From the NCBI GenBank assembly GCA_965249575.1, contig OZ252244.1:1536001-1600000 (forward strand): a stretch of 64,000 nt of DNA. The letters are read 5' to 3'. The position numbers and the translations under genes were made by a program. The notes below the pieces were generated by a model. The model searched no databases. It was not told the DNA's origin and worked only from the letters and a program-made list of their open reading frames with translations. Shown here piece after piece: positions 52,397 through 62,425 of this stretch. The DNA comes from Gemmatimonadales bacterium (GTDB lineage: Bacteria; Gemmatimonadota; Gemmatimonadetes; Gemmatimonadales; GWC2-71-9). The number at the start of each line of letters is the position of its first letter. Position 1 is the first letter of the stretch.

Positions 52397-54090
52397 GCTG
52401 CTACCTCCGCCGCCCGCTTAGCCGGGAACAGCACGCTGAAGACCGTGCCTCGATCGGGCTGTGAATCCACGAGCACCAATCCGCGGTGGGCCTGCACCGC
52501 CCGCTGAACGATTGCCAACCCGAGGCCCGTTCCCCCAATGCGGCCCGTCACAAATGGATCGAACAACCGGTTCCGCAGCTGCGCCGGAATCCCCGGTCCG
52601 TCGTCGGTGACTCGCAGCAACACGGGGTTCTCGAGGGCCGCGCCCCGTGGGAGATCGCCTGAGGACGCCTCGCGGATTTCCACGCGGACATGGCAGGAGC
52701 CGTCGGTTGCCTGCACGGCGTTGAGCACGAGGTTGACTACGACTCGATGCAGCAGGTCTGCGTCGCCCTCGACTGCCACGCCGGAGCATTCCACCTCGAT
52801 CGTGGTTTCCGACGTGCAAGCCGGATGCCGGCGCACGAGGTCCACGGCGCCATCGGCAACCTCACCCAAATCGACCGGGCGACATCTGGTCACTCTCACG
52901 CGTGAGAAATCGAGAAACTCGCTCAGAATGCGGCTCAGCCTGTCACTCTCGCGCACAACGAGCTGGGCCAAGAACCGTTCGTCTGCACCGGTGTGAACCG
53001 ATTTGCCGAGTTGTTCCACCGAGGTTCGGATCGATGCCAAGGGGTTGCGGATCTCGTGCGCAAGCGATGCCGACAGCTCCGCGACGGCCTCCAGCCGCTG
53101 CGTGCGAAGATGGAGCTCCTCGAGCCGCTTCTGATCGGAGATGTCTCGGAAGATGGTAGTAACTGTCGGACTCGAATCTGACTCATCCGCGCCGGTCGAG
53201 AGAGCGGTGGTCGTGAGACCGATTGGAAACGAGCGCCCGGGCAACCGCACGAGCCCTTCCGCGCGTAATGTGCGATGGCGCCCGCGTTGCGTCGCTGTGA
53301 TGGCCTCCCACAGTGCGGGAGAGCACCCAGATAATACGCCGCCCGCCGATCGCCCCTCGAGATCGGCCGCCACGAATCCAAGCAGGCCTTCGGCGGCGGG
53401 GTTCGCGTAGAGAAGGCTGCCGTTTCCATCGACGGTCACGACGCCGCTCCCGATGTTGTGGAGGATGTCGCTCGCCTCGAGGGATAGGCGCTGCACCTCT
53501 TGCTGCAGCACGGCGTGCTCGTCCTTGACGACGCGAACCCGGCTCGTGATCCAGCCGGTGACCAGGGCCACCCCAGCGAACACACCGATCTGTAGCCAAA
53601 TGGCAACTCCGGGTTGGACTGGCTGCCCCCCCCAAACCACGTCGCCAATGTACGAGAGACCCGCCAGCACGGTGATCAGCAGGCTCGAGCGAAGCGGCAT
53701 CAAAACGGAGCTGACTGCGATGACCGGGATGTACAGGGAGGAGAGGTCGCTCTCCGCTCCGCCGGTGACATGCACGACCGTCGTCACGAGCGCCAAATCG
53801 AACAGCACCTGGGCATAGAGGAACGAAAGAGTCGGAGGGACGCGGCGAACGTGAGTGTACCAGACCGAAAAACCGCTCATACCGACAGCGGCAAGAGCGG
53901 CGACTGATACTGTGAGGATCGTTCCCGAGGAGACCGCTTTTACATAGAAGGCTGCGGCCACGAATACCACGACCGCAACCAAGATGCGCCCAAGGTAGAC
54001 CCAGAGGAGCAACTTTGGCGGCGTCGGAACTCCCCACCCGACGTCGAGCTGCTGCAGATCGGCCCGTAAGCTGCCGCCAGTCCAACGCAT
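52393..54090 (-). CDS. pilS: Sensor histidine kinase, PilS-like
   Basis: About 6 N-terminal TM helices with DL..VT..VH.TGG.ES, a PAS domain, AHEIRNPL and HATPase boxes. Start placed at ATG 54090 because the sigma54 promoter lies just upstream of 54126. Confidence 0.85.
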   Translation of the reverse strand: MRWTGGSLRADLQQLDVGWGVPTPPKLLLWVYLGRILVAVVVFVAAAFYVKAVSSGTILTVSVAALAAVGMSGFSVWYTHVRRVPPTLSFLYAQVLFDLALVTTVVHVTGGAESDLSSLYIPVIAVSSVLMPLRSSLLITVLAGLSYIGDVVWGGQPVQPGVAIWLQIGVFAGVALVTGWITSRVRVVKDEHAVLQQEVQRLSLEASDILHNIGSGVVTVDGNGSLLYANPAAEGLLGFVAADLEGRSAGGVLSGCSPALWEAITATQRGRHRTLRAEGLVRLPGRSFPIGLTTTALSTGADESDSSPTVTTIFRDISDQKRLEELHLRTQRLEAVAELSASLAHEIRNPLASIRTSVEQLGKSVHTGADERFLAQLVVRESDRLSRILSEFLDFSRVRVTRCRPVDLGEVADGAVDLVRRHPACTSETTIEVECSGVAVEGDADLLHRVVVNLVLNAVQATDGSCHVRVEIREASSGDLPRGAALENPVLLRVTDDGPGIPAQLRNRLFDPFVTGRIGGTGLGLAIVQRAVQAHRGLVLVDSQPDRGTVFSVLFPAKRAAEVAA

Positions 54091-54131
54091 AGGTGCAAGT
54101 ATCTCGTCGATCGTGGCAAAGTGCAACGCCT

Positions 54132-54147
54132 TGCAAGATAGCTGCCA
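54132..54147 (-). promoter_or_regulatory. Sigma54 promoter of the pilS-pilR-GT operon
   Basis: TGGCAG-CTATC-TTGCA with GG-N10-GC spacing. Confidence 0.7.
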
Positions 54148-54168
54148 CGCTCGACCGGCCGTCTATTG

Positions 54169-54179
54169 CCCCCCCCCCC
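54169..54179. repeat. C11/G11 homopolymer tract
   Basis: Seen directly; flanked by C6 (54184-54189) and C3. Confidence 0.9.
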
Positions 54180-54202
54180 GGCACCCCCCGTTTCCCTGTG
54201 TC

Positions 54203-54856
54203 CTATGCCCCCACGATGTCCCGCAGTGCCACTTCGTCGATATCGTGCCCCCCAGCGTAGGTCACGAGCCGCACCCCAACCCCCTCTCCCTCGAGCCCCC
54301 CGATTTGATCTGACAGAAGCGCCCGATCGACGGACTGGTCCTCGTCCCCGACAACGACGGACAAATCGGCCGTTCCGAGCCCACGTTTTGCCGCCCGAAA
54401 GTCGACCTCGGGAGGGAGGAGCCCACCCCAAAGAACCAGCCGGTCCGCAGCCGGCGCCCCCGCCACGATCCAGCGGGTCGCGGTCGCGGTGCCCTGGGAG
54501 AAGCCCAGCACGCTCAGCGTGACGGCTCCCCGATCGACTCGTCGAAAGACTTCCAGATACAAGGCGTTCAGATAGGCGACGTAGTCTTCGATCTCGGTTA
54601 GCCGGTCCTCGCGCGTCATCCACGAGGCGCCCACAACGCCCTGGCCGCCCGAGTTTCGGACGTAGAACCGCGACAGACCCTCGGGGGCGATGACGAGTCG
54701 GTGACCGTCGTCGAGGACCTCAAACCGTTTGAGGAATCTGGCCGCAAGCTGTCCATAGCCATGACACACGATCCAAACCTCTCGCGCCGCCGGACCGAAG
54801 TCCCCCAGCGTCACGTAACGAGCGGTTCGCGGAACGCTGATGTGATGCTCCAGCAT
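54203..54856 (-). CDS. Alpha/beta hydrolase (phospholipase/carboxylesterase family)
   Basis: HGYGQ, APEGLSRFY, GFSQG nucleophile, GDED and GGH. Confidence 0.88.
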   Translation of the reverse strand: MLEHHISVPRTARYVTLGDFGPAAREVWIVCHGYGQLAARFLKRFEVLDDGHRLVIAPEGLSRFYVRNSGGQGVVGASWMTREDRLTEIEDYVAYLNALYLEVFRRVDRGAVTLSVLGFSQGTATATRWIVAGAPAADRLVLWGGLLPPEVDFRAAKRGLGTADLSVVVGDEDQSVDRALLSDQIGGLEGEGVGVRLVTYAGGHDIDEVALRDIVGA

Positions 54857-55013
54857 GCCTACCGCCTCTCCACTGTTCGGTACTCTCGAAGTGACCGAGA
54901 CGCGCGCAGGCGGCGTCTCGGCTATCCTTGTTCATTCCGTGCGAGGCTGCGCTCGATTCCGTACGGCCTCCATCTTGTGCACTGATGGAGCAAACAACGC
55001 AATACGTCACCGC

Positions 55014-56633
55014 ATGAAATCGCCACCAGCTCGACCGAGCACACTGGCCGGACGCTCGACCTTGTTTGCGCCGCACGCAGCAATCGCGACGAGCCACCCG
55101 CTCGCAAGCACGGCCGGTCTCCGGGTTCTCGATCGCGGCGGGAACGCCGTGGACGCTGCCGTCGCCGCAGCAGCGATACTGTCGGTAGTCGAGCCCCACA
55201 TGACCGGGATCGGCGGGGACGTGTTCGCCATGATTTGGTTCGCGCGAGAGCGGAAACTCGTTGGCCTGAACGCTAGCGGCCGGTCGGGCAGCACGATGAG
55301 TCGGGAAGTGTTCATTGGCCGAAACCGGCAGGCTGTGCCCGAGCACGGAGCCGAGAGCGTTACGGTCCCGGGTGCCGTGTCGGGCTGGGTCGCACTACTC
55401 GAGCGCTACGGAACCCTGAACCTTGCCAGGGTGCTCGAGCCAGCAGTGGCTCTCGCGGGTAGGGGCTTCCCCGTGTCGCCGGTCGTGGCGCGCCAGTGGG
55501 CGGGAGAGGTGGCGAAGCTCAGGTGCGATGACGCCGCGCGGGGAACCTTCCTCGTCGAGGGCGGGCGCAGCCCACAGACCGGCGAGTGGTTTCGAAACCC
55601 CGATCTCGCCGACAGCCTGGCGTTGCTCTCGGAGCAAGGGGCGGGAGCGATGTACGGAGGCGACCTCGGCTCGCGAATCTCCCAGCACGTGCGGGAACTC
55701 GGTGGATTCCTTTCCGACGCAGACCTCCGGAACCACACGGTGGACTGGGTCGACCCGTTGATGGTGGAGTTCGAGGGCCATCGGATTTGGGAGCTTCCAC
55801 CCGTAACACAGGGGGTGGCAGTCTTGGAAATGTTGCGGATCATCGACCCATTCGAGCTGCGAGGCATGGGCCACAATTCCGCGCCGTACCTCCATCACCT
55901 GATCGAGGCAAAAAAACTCGCATTCGAGGACCTTGAGTCGCGGGTTGGAGAGCCAGCCGAAATGATCATGCCCCCACACTCTTTGCTCGAAGAGGACTTC
56001 ATCCGGGGCCGCCGCGCACATTTGGACCCCACAAGCGCCGCCGATCTAGGCGGGATGGGACAATCCGGGCCGGGCGACACGGTCTACCTGTCCGTGGCCG
56101 ATCGAGACGGCAACTTAGTGTCGTTCGTCAACAGTCTGTTCCACGGTTTTGGGTCAGGCGTGGTGGTTCCGCGAACGGGGTTCGCGCTTCACAATCGCGG
56201 TACCGGATTCTCACTGGCCGCAAACACTCCGAACACCGTCGGCCCGCGCAAACGGCCTCTTCATACACTCATTCCAGGATTCGTGACACGAGTGGACGGT
56301 TCGGGCCAAGAGGGCCCGGAGCTCAGCTTTGGTGTGATGGGCGGCTCGATGCAACCCCAGGGGCACGTCCAACTCTTGCTGAATCTCCTCCTGTTCGGCA
56401 TGGACTTACAAGAAGCTGTCGACGCACCGCGTTTTCGGCACGTGGAGAGTAGGCGGTTGGCCCTCGAGGCGCCGATCCCAGACCAAGTCCGGACGGCGCT
56501 CGCAGCACTGGGTCACGACATCACCTCGGAATCCGATGTCTTTTTCGGAGGGGCGCAGGCCGTCATGCGGTGGAACGAGGGCTGGGCGGCGGCATCCGAC
56601 CCCCGCAAGGACGGCGTGGCAGTGGGGCACTAG
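55014..56633 (+). CDS. ggt: Gamma-glutamyltransferase family protein (no signal peptide)
   Basis: GGNAVDAA, TGIGGD, VTVPGAV, D-TVYL nucleophile Thr, NRG.GF, GVMGG.MQPQG and SDPRKDG. Confidence 0.92.
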   Translation: MKSPPARPSTLAGRSTLFAPHAAIATSHPLASTAGLRVLDRGGNAVDAAVAAAAILSVVEPHMTGIGGDVFAMIWFARERKLVGLNASGRSGSTMSREVFIGRNRQAVPEHGAESVTVPGAVSGWVALLERYGTLNLARVLEPAVALAGRGFPVSPVVARQWAGEVAKLRCDDAARGTFLVEGGRSPQTGEWFRNPDLADSLALLSEQGAGAMYGGDLGSRISQHVRELGGFLSDADLRNHTVDWVDPLMVEFEGHRIWELPPVTQGVAVLEMLRIIDPFELRGMGHNSAPYLHHLIEAKKLAFEDLESRVGEPAEMIMPPHSLLEEDFIRGRRAHLDPTSAADLGGMGQSGPGDTVYLSVADRDGNLVSFVNSLFHGFGSGVVVPRTGFALHNRGTGFSLAANTPNTVGPRKRPLHTLIPGFVTRVDGSGQEGPELSFGVMGGSMQPQGHVQLLLNLLLFGMDLQEAVDAPRFRHVESRRLALEAPIPDQVRTALAALGHDITSESDVFFGGAQAVMRWNEGWAAASDPRKDGVAVGH

Positions 56634-57066
56634 GGCTCTGCCGGCGGCGATCTCCCTCCGCCGCTGTGGCGCAGTACTTCGCGAACTTTGCGGACGAGTT
56701 CGTTGGGCGTGAACGGCTTCCGCAGGAACGGGACATTTTTCCGAGTACACCCTTCCGCACCAGGTTCTCTGCATAGCCGGACATGTACAGGACTCGCAGC
56801 CCGGGGCGTTGCTCCCGCAGCCGCTCGGTGAGTTCCCTGGGATTCATGTGAGGTAGCACGACGTCGGACAGCAGCAAGTCGATCCGGTCACCCTGATCCT
56901 CCGAGACGGAAAGCGCTTCGCCTCCGTCCGCCGCCGGAAGCACTGTGAACCCCTGTCCGCTCAGTGCTTCAACGACGAGAGCCCGGACCTGGGGCTCGTC
57001 ATCGACGAGCAGGATGGTATAGCCGCGCCCGCCACCGGTCACATCCGCCGCGTTCCCGCCAGCCAT
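56630..57066 (-). CDS. Single-domain response regulator, frameshifted in the T5 run at 56736-56740
   Basis: ILLVDDE, DLLLSDVVLP and YMSGY. One added base gives NVPFLRKPFTPNELVRKVREVL with a stop at 56630-56632. Confidence 0.8.
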
Positions 57067-57362
57067 CGTTGTGACAGCCCTCGAGGTTTCTCTACTGGTC
57101 TCTATTACCGGTGTCCCGGTCGTAAAACGCACGGCTTGTGCGCTATTGCGACGCGCCCTTCGCCGGCTCCTGATTTCAGTCCGCCGATGGTTTGTCCGAC
57201 ACTCTATACAGGTCGGGCGCGGTCACCAATCGTCTGTCACACGGGGTCACGCGACGATGGTGACTCACCTCACGGACCGCGACTTAAGTGGCGGTTCACT
57301 CTAGCGTTAGTCCCGCCGGGGGCAGGCGGCTGGAAAGGCCGCGACCACACTGACTCACTGCC

Positions 57363-57378
57363 CGGTACGGGATTTGCA
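57363..57378 (+). promoter_or_regulatory. Putative sigma54 promoter
   Basis: CGGTAC-GGGAT-TTGCA, GG-N10-GC, ~85 bp before ATG 57464. Confidence 0.55.
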
Positions 57379-57463
57379 AACTTCAGCCTAAGATGGGCTG
57401 GCGGCGCGCCCTGGGGAACCTCTTCCCCTCAAAGCGCTGACGGATAGGAGCGGGAGGTTAGCC

Positions 57464-58111
57464 ATGATCACGATGATGCCGTTGCTCGCATCGCTGGCGC
57501 TTGTCGCGCCAGTCGAAGAGACACAGGACCGCGCCGCCCCGACGCCGCGGCGCCCCGCGCAGCTCATCATTGCTCCGGACATTGTAGAGGACTTAGACCA
57601 GCTGGCCGATAGCCTGCGAGTCAAGACCGTGCGCTGTCTCATCGGGATCGTGGAGCACGAGCGCGCAGCAATCGACCTAGCCTGGAAGCCGCCAACGAGC
57701 GCGAGCGAGGACGGGCATGCTGAATATCAGCCCTGTCCACTCGCTACGATCGCCCGCTGGCTCAACCACCCACACGTCGGCGAAGGTCGTCCCGAGGAAT
57801 CGTGCTACATGTCCCACGCGGAGATTCAGGAAGCGTTGCGACCCCGCGCACCCGCAGTCCAATTCGTTCAGGTGAACGCCCGGGTCGCGTGCTGGTGGAC
57901 GCAGAGCCAGATTGCCCGCGCGGCCGATCAGGCCATTCGGTGGCCGCTCCGAGGACAGATCCGGCCCAGATACGCGGCCTTCACGGCGCCGGAGGCGCCG
58001 CTGGACCCGCACGAAGACAGTAACGATCTCGGGACAGAGGTGGCCGACGCATTGGGCGCCCGGCCAGGGACGACACCGGGCGCGAATACAACCTCACAAC
58101 CCAACTCCTAG
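57464..58111 (+). CDS. Secreted hypothetical protein
   Basis: GGAGG RBS, hydrophobic N-terminus, several Cys, downstream hairpin at 58148-58188. Confidence 0.65.
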   Translation: MITMMPLLASLALVAPVEETQDRAAPTPRRPAQLIIAPDIVEDLDQLADSLRVKTVRCLIGIVEHERAAIDLAWKPPTSASEDGHAEYQPCPLATIARWLNHPHVGEGRPEESCYMSHAEIQEALRPRAPAVQFVQVNARVACWWTQSQIARAADQAIRWPLRGQIRPRYAAFTAPEAPLDPHEDSNDLGTEVADALGARPGTTPGANTTSQPNS

Positions 58112-58210
58112 ATCACCGTTTCATTAAGCACATCACCAGGCGAATTCCCCGACGTCCCCGGAGCGTCAACGCGCTTCTGGGACGTCGGCTATTGAGCGGG
58201 CACTGGCCAC

Positions 58211-58244
58211 AAAAGCCCGGGGCCCGGCCGTCTGGCCGGGCCCC
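58211..58244 (-). terminator. Intrinsic terminator of pilB-pilT-pilC
   Basis: GGGGCCCGGCC-agac-GGCCGGGCCCC followed by GGGCTTTT. Confidence 0.65.
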
Positions 58245-58265
58245 AACACACGGACGGCCTGTTCG

Positions 58266-59459
58266 TTAGGCGTCGACCGCGTTGATCATGTCGAAGATCG
58301 GCAGATACATCGCCACGATCATTCCGCCGACGACGATACCCAGGACGACGATCATGACGGGTTCCATGAGTGAGAGAAGCGCGCTTACCGCCGCGTCTAC
58401 TTCGTCGTCGTAGAAGTCGGCGATCTTCGACAGCATCTCGTCCAAACCACCTGTCGCCTCACCGACCGCGATCATCGAAGTCACCATGGGCGGGAACACT
58501 TGGGACTTCTGAAGGGGACCCGCGATGGTCTCGCCACCGGCGATGGACGCGCGCGACTCCATGACCGCGTCGTGAATGACCCGGTTGCCAGCGGTGCGGG
58601 CGGTGATCTCGAGCCCGTCGAGAATCGAGACGCCCGAAGAGACGAGCGTGCCGAGTGTGCGCGTGAATCGCGACACGGACGACTTGCGGAGCTAGTCACC
58701 CAGCACCGGCAACTGCAGCAGAAACCGGTCGATGACGAGCTTGCCGCCCGACGTCGTGTAGTACTGCTTTATGCCAAAGACTATTGCGACGCCAGTGAGA
58801 ATCATGAGCCACCAGAATTGCTGGACGAACTCGCTCAGGAAAATCACGAACCGCGTTGGAAGGGGCAGCGTGAGGTTCACCGAGGCGAACATTTGCTGGA
58901 AGGTCGGGATGACGAAGACCAGCAGCACGACGATCGCGATGATCGCGACGGACAGGATGACCATTGGATAGATCATCGCGCCCTTCACCTTCCGAATGAT
59001 CGCGTCATTCTTTTCCAAAAAGCCGGCCAGGCGCAGCAGGATGGTGTCGAGAATACCACCGGCCTCGCCCGCCGCCACCATGTTCACGAACAGCTCAGAG
59101 AAAGCGTTCCGATGTTTGCCGAGCGCGTCCGCGAGCGTGTTTCCGCTCTCGACGTCGTACACGACCTGCCTCGTGACTTCGGCCAGGATCTTGTTCTCGG
59201 TCTGCTGCGCGAGGATGTCGAGCGCCTGGACCAGGGGCAACCCGGAGTTGATCATGGTTGCGAACTGCCGAGTGAAGACCACGACGTCCCGGGTCGGAAT
59301 CTTACCACGTCGTTTGGACCTCTTGACCTCACGAACGCGTACGACGGCCATTTTGTTCTTACGGAGGTGGGCAACCACTTCTTCCCGTGAGGGCAGATCG
59401 ATGGTCCCCGTCTGTTCCTCCCCCCGGACCGTGCGAGCGGTGTATTCGTAAGCAGGCAT
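58266..59459 (-). pseudogene. pilC: Type IV pilus platform protein PilC, interrupted by an in-frame TAG at 58692-58694
   Basis: FTRQFATMI.SGLPL, NMVAAGEAGG and AMIYP; reads LPVLGD*LRKSSVSRFTRTLGTL in a single frame; C-terminal EP...AMYLPIF. Confidence 0.9.
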
Positions 59460-59477
59460 TGGCTATCTCCGCAGGGC

Positions 59478-60638
59478 TTAGCGCCGGCCCATCGCGGGCT
59501 TCTTCGACCCGGCCGCCGGTTCGCGTTCCTCATGTACGGGCTCCCCAATGACCCTGAGGAACTCGTTCTGATCTGGAGCGACCCGCAGGCACTCCTCGTG
59601 TGAAACTTCCCGCGTCATGTACATCGTGTACAGCGAATCGGTGAGCGTCTGCATTCCGTGTTTTTTGCCGGCCTGCATCGCCGAGTAAATCTGGTGCACT
59701 TTGTCATCGCGAATGAGCGCGCGGATCGCCGCGGTCGCAATCATGATCTCGCACGCCATGACCCGGCCCTTACCGCTCGCTTTCTGGAGCAGCGTTTGCG
59801 TTACGACGCCCTCGAGTACGAACGACAGCTGCGCCCGGATCTGCGACTGTTGGTGCGCGGGGAACACGTCGATGATCCGGTTGACGGTCTCGGCCGCCGA
59901 GTTCGTGTGCAGCGTGGCGAATGCCAAGTGGCCGGTCTCCGCGATCGTGAGAGCGGCCTGAATGGTCTCGAGGTCGCGCATCTCACCGATGAGCACCACG
60001 TCGGGGTCCTGCCTGAGGGCATATTTCAGTGCGTTCGAGAACGACTTCGTATCGGTGCCGATCTCGCGCTGGTTGACGATGCACCCCTGATGCCGGTGAA
60101 TGAATTCGATCGGGTCCTCGACGGTGATGATGTGGCCCCGGCGCTCCTTGTTGACCTTGTCCAGCATCGCCGCTAGCGTCGTCGACTTACCGGAGCCGGT
60201 CGGTCCCGTGACCAGGACGAGCCCACGCGGCCGTTCCGCCAGCTTTCCGAGCACTGCGGGAAGCCCCAGTTCCGTGAAGGTCTTGATCGAAATCGGGATC
60301 TGGCGGATCACCATCGAGACGCAGCCACGCTGCTTGAAGCAGTTGCCGCGAAAACGCGCCAAGTTCTGGATGCCGAAAGAGAAGTCCAACTCGTCTTCCG
60401 TTTCGAACCGCATCTTCTGATTCTCGGTGAGGACCGAATACGCCAGCTGCAGGGTGTCCTTCGGTGACAGTGTGTATTCACGCTTCGAGTTGGTGATGTC
60501 ACCGTCAACTCGGATCTTGGGCCGTTCGCCCGCCGAAATGTGCAGGTCCGAGGCACCGGGCTCGATCATTTCCTCTAAGAGCGAACGCAAGTTGATGCTC
60601 TCGGAGCCGGCCTGAGTGTTTGGTTGAGTCGCTGTCAT
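59478..60638 (-). CDS. pilT: Type IV pilus retraction ATPase
   Basis: GASDLH, GPTGSGKSTTLA, EDPIE, LRQDPD, AETGHL, AIRALIR and GMQT. Confidence 0.96.
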   Translation of the reverse strand: MTATQPNTQAGSESINLRSLLEEMIEPGASDLHISAGERPKIRVDGDITNSKREYTLSPKDTLQLAYSVLTENQKMRFETEDELDFSFGIQNLARFRGNCFKQRGCVSMVIRQIPISIKTFTELGLPAVLGKLAERPRGLVLVTGPTGSGKSTTLAAMLDKVNKERRGHIITVEDPIEFIHRHQGCIVNQREIGTDTKSFSNALKYALRQDPDVVLIGEMRDLETIQAALTIAETGHLAFATLHTNSAAETVNRIIDVFPAHQQSQIRAQLSFVLEGVVTQTLLQKASGKGRVMACEIMIATAAIRALIRDDKVHQIYSAMQAGKKHGMQTLTDSLYTMYMTREVSHEECLRVAPDQNEFLRVIGEPVHEEREPAAGSKKPAMGRR

Positions 60639-60642
60639 TTGG

Positions 60643-62346
60643 CTAGCCTGCTGTCTCCTTGACGACTTCTTCGAGGGTGGTCACACCTTTTTTGATCTTC
60701 ACCATGCCGTCCATACGCAACGTCAACATTCCTTCCTTCACCGCCTGATCCGACAGCTCGGTCGTCGAGGCCCCGCGGAGTATCTGGCGCCTGAGCTCCG
60801 GGGAGAGCGCCATGATCTCATAGAGACCGGCACGGCCCCTGTAGCCGGTGCTCCCGCAGGAATCGCACCCGGTTCCCTTGTAAAATGTGATGCCCTCGGC
60901 TTCGTCCTGCGCGAGCCCGAGCGCGTGGAGCTCTTCGGCACTGTACGTGTGCTCTCGTTTGCAGTCGGAGCATATACGGCGGATGAGCCGCTGGGCGACG
61001 ATGAGGTTCACGGCGCTGGCTACGTTGAACGGCTCGATCCCCATGTCGATCATGCGGGTGACCGTCGACGGCGCATCGTTTGTGTGGAGCGTCGACAGCA
61101 CCAGGTGCCCAGTCAGCGCGGCCTTGATCGCAATGCTCCCCGTTTCGATGTCCCGGATCTCACCCACCATGATGATGTTGGGATCCTGACGCAGAAACGC
61201 CTTGAGCGCCGCAGCGAACGACATACCGATCTCGTTGCGGACGAGCACTTGGTTGATCCCGTGAATGTTGTACTCGACCGGGTCCTCGGCGGTCATGATG
61301 TTGACGTCGATCTGGTTCACCTGGGACAGCGCCGAGTACAGCGTCGTCGTCTTACCCGACCCCGTCGGCCCGGTGACCAACACCATCCCGTACGGATTCA
61401 GGATGGCGCGCATCAGATCCTCTTCGGCCTTGGGCTCGAACCCGAACTTCTTCAGGTCGAGGGTCAGGTTCGACTTGTCGAGAATTCGGAGGACGATTTT
61501 CTCGCCGAAGATGACCGGGAGGGTCGACACCCGGAAATCGATGACCCGCTTGCCCATCTTCAGCTTGATGCGGCCGTCCTGCGGCACCCGGCGCTCCGCA
61601 ATGTTCAGGGAGGACATGATCTTGACGCGGCTCGTCAGCGCCGCCTTGAGCTTCACGGGCGGCTTCATGATCTCCATCAATGCGCCGTCGATGCGATAGC
61701 GCACGCGGATCTCGTACTCGAACGGCTCGATATGGATGTCGCTCGCGCCCCGCTTGACCGCATCGGTCAGCACCCCGTTGATCAACTTCACGACCGGCGC
61801 GTCGTCCGCGATCTGAACCGGGCCCGTGTCTTCTTCTTCCTCCTCGATGACCTCGAGATCCTCGTCCTCCATGTCTTTGAGGAGGGTCTGGAGTTGGGCA
61901 TCGGTCTGTTCGTAGTGGCGCTCGATGGCCGTGCGAAGCGTGTACTCCCCCGCGATGACGGGGAAGATGTCGTATCGGGTGATGAATTTGAGGTCGTCAA
62001 CGACACCGAGGTTGGTGGGATCGGCCATCGCGACGGTGAGCGTCCGGCCCTCCCGCTTCAGCGGCAGCACCGTGCTCTTCACCGCGACCTCGGCAGGGAT
62101 CAACTTGACGATTTTCGGATCGACCTCGAATCGGGACAAGTCGACCGCTGGCATTCGGTATTGCCGCGCCAGCATCTTGGTGATCTCGGTTTCCTGCACG
62201 AATCCGGACTTGACCAGCGTGTAGCCCAGGCGCATCCCACTCGTGCGCTGCTCCGCCAGCGCTTTTTCGAGCTGATCCTTGGTGATAAGGCCTTCGCGAA
62301 TGAGGAGATCGCCGAGCCGTTCGGTACTGGCCGCAGCTGTCGCCAT
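60643..62346 (-). CDS. pilB: Type IV pilus extension ATPase
   Basis: MshEN-like RLGDLL/RLG repeats, ASDIHIEP, GPTGSGKTTTLY, LRQDP and the CxxC...CxxC zinc site. Confidence 0.96.
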   Translation of the reverse strand: MATAAASTERLGDLLIREGLITKDQLEKALAEQRTSGMRLGYTLVKSGFVQETEITKMLARQYRMPAVDLSRFEVDPKIVKLIPAEVAVKSTVLPLKREGRTLTVAMADPTNLGVVDDLKFITRYDIFPVIAGEYTLRTAIERHYEQTDAQLQTLLKDMEDEDLEVIEEEEEDTGPVQIADDAPVVKLINGVLTDAVKRGASDIHIEPFEYEIRVRYRIDGALMEIMKPPVKLKAALTSRVKIMSSLNIAERRVPQDGRIKLKMGKRVIDFRVSTLPVIFGEKIVLRILDKSNLTLDLKKFGFEPKAEEDLMRAILNPYGMVLVTGPTGSGKTTTLYSALSQVNQIDVNIMTAEDPVEYNIHGINQVLVRNEIGMSFAAALKAFLRQDPNIIMVGEIRDIETGSIAIKAALTGHLVLSTLHTNDAPSTVTRMIDMGIEPFNVASAVNLIVAQRLIRRICSDCKREHTYSAEELHALGLAQDEAEGITFYKGTGCDSCGSTGYRGRAGLYEIMALSPELRRQILRGASTTELSDQAVKEGMLTLRMDGMVKIKKGVTTLEEVVKETAG

Positions 62347-62425
62347 AGCCGCCTTGAAAGGGGTGTTAAAACACTTTCAAATCGTTACCACCCAAGCTGA
62401 TACGCTAGGGGGAGCCTAGATACTG

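Noticed and set aside
57318..57352. Possible c-di-GMP-I riboswitch (GCGGCT-GGAAA-GGCCGC stem)
   Set aside because: It lacks the GGCAAAC and GCAAAG motifs and the receptor stem, and lies upstream of the predicted promoter.
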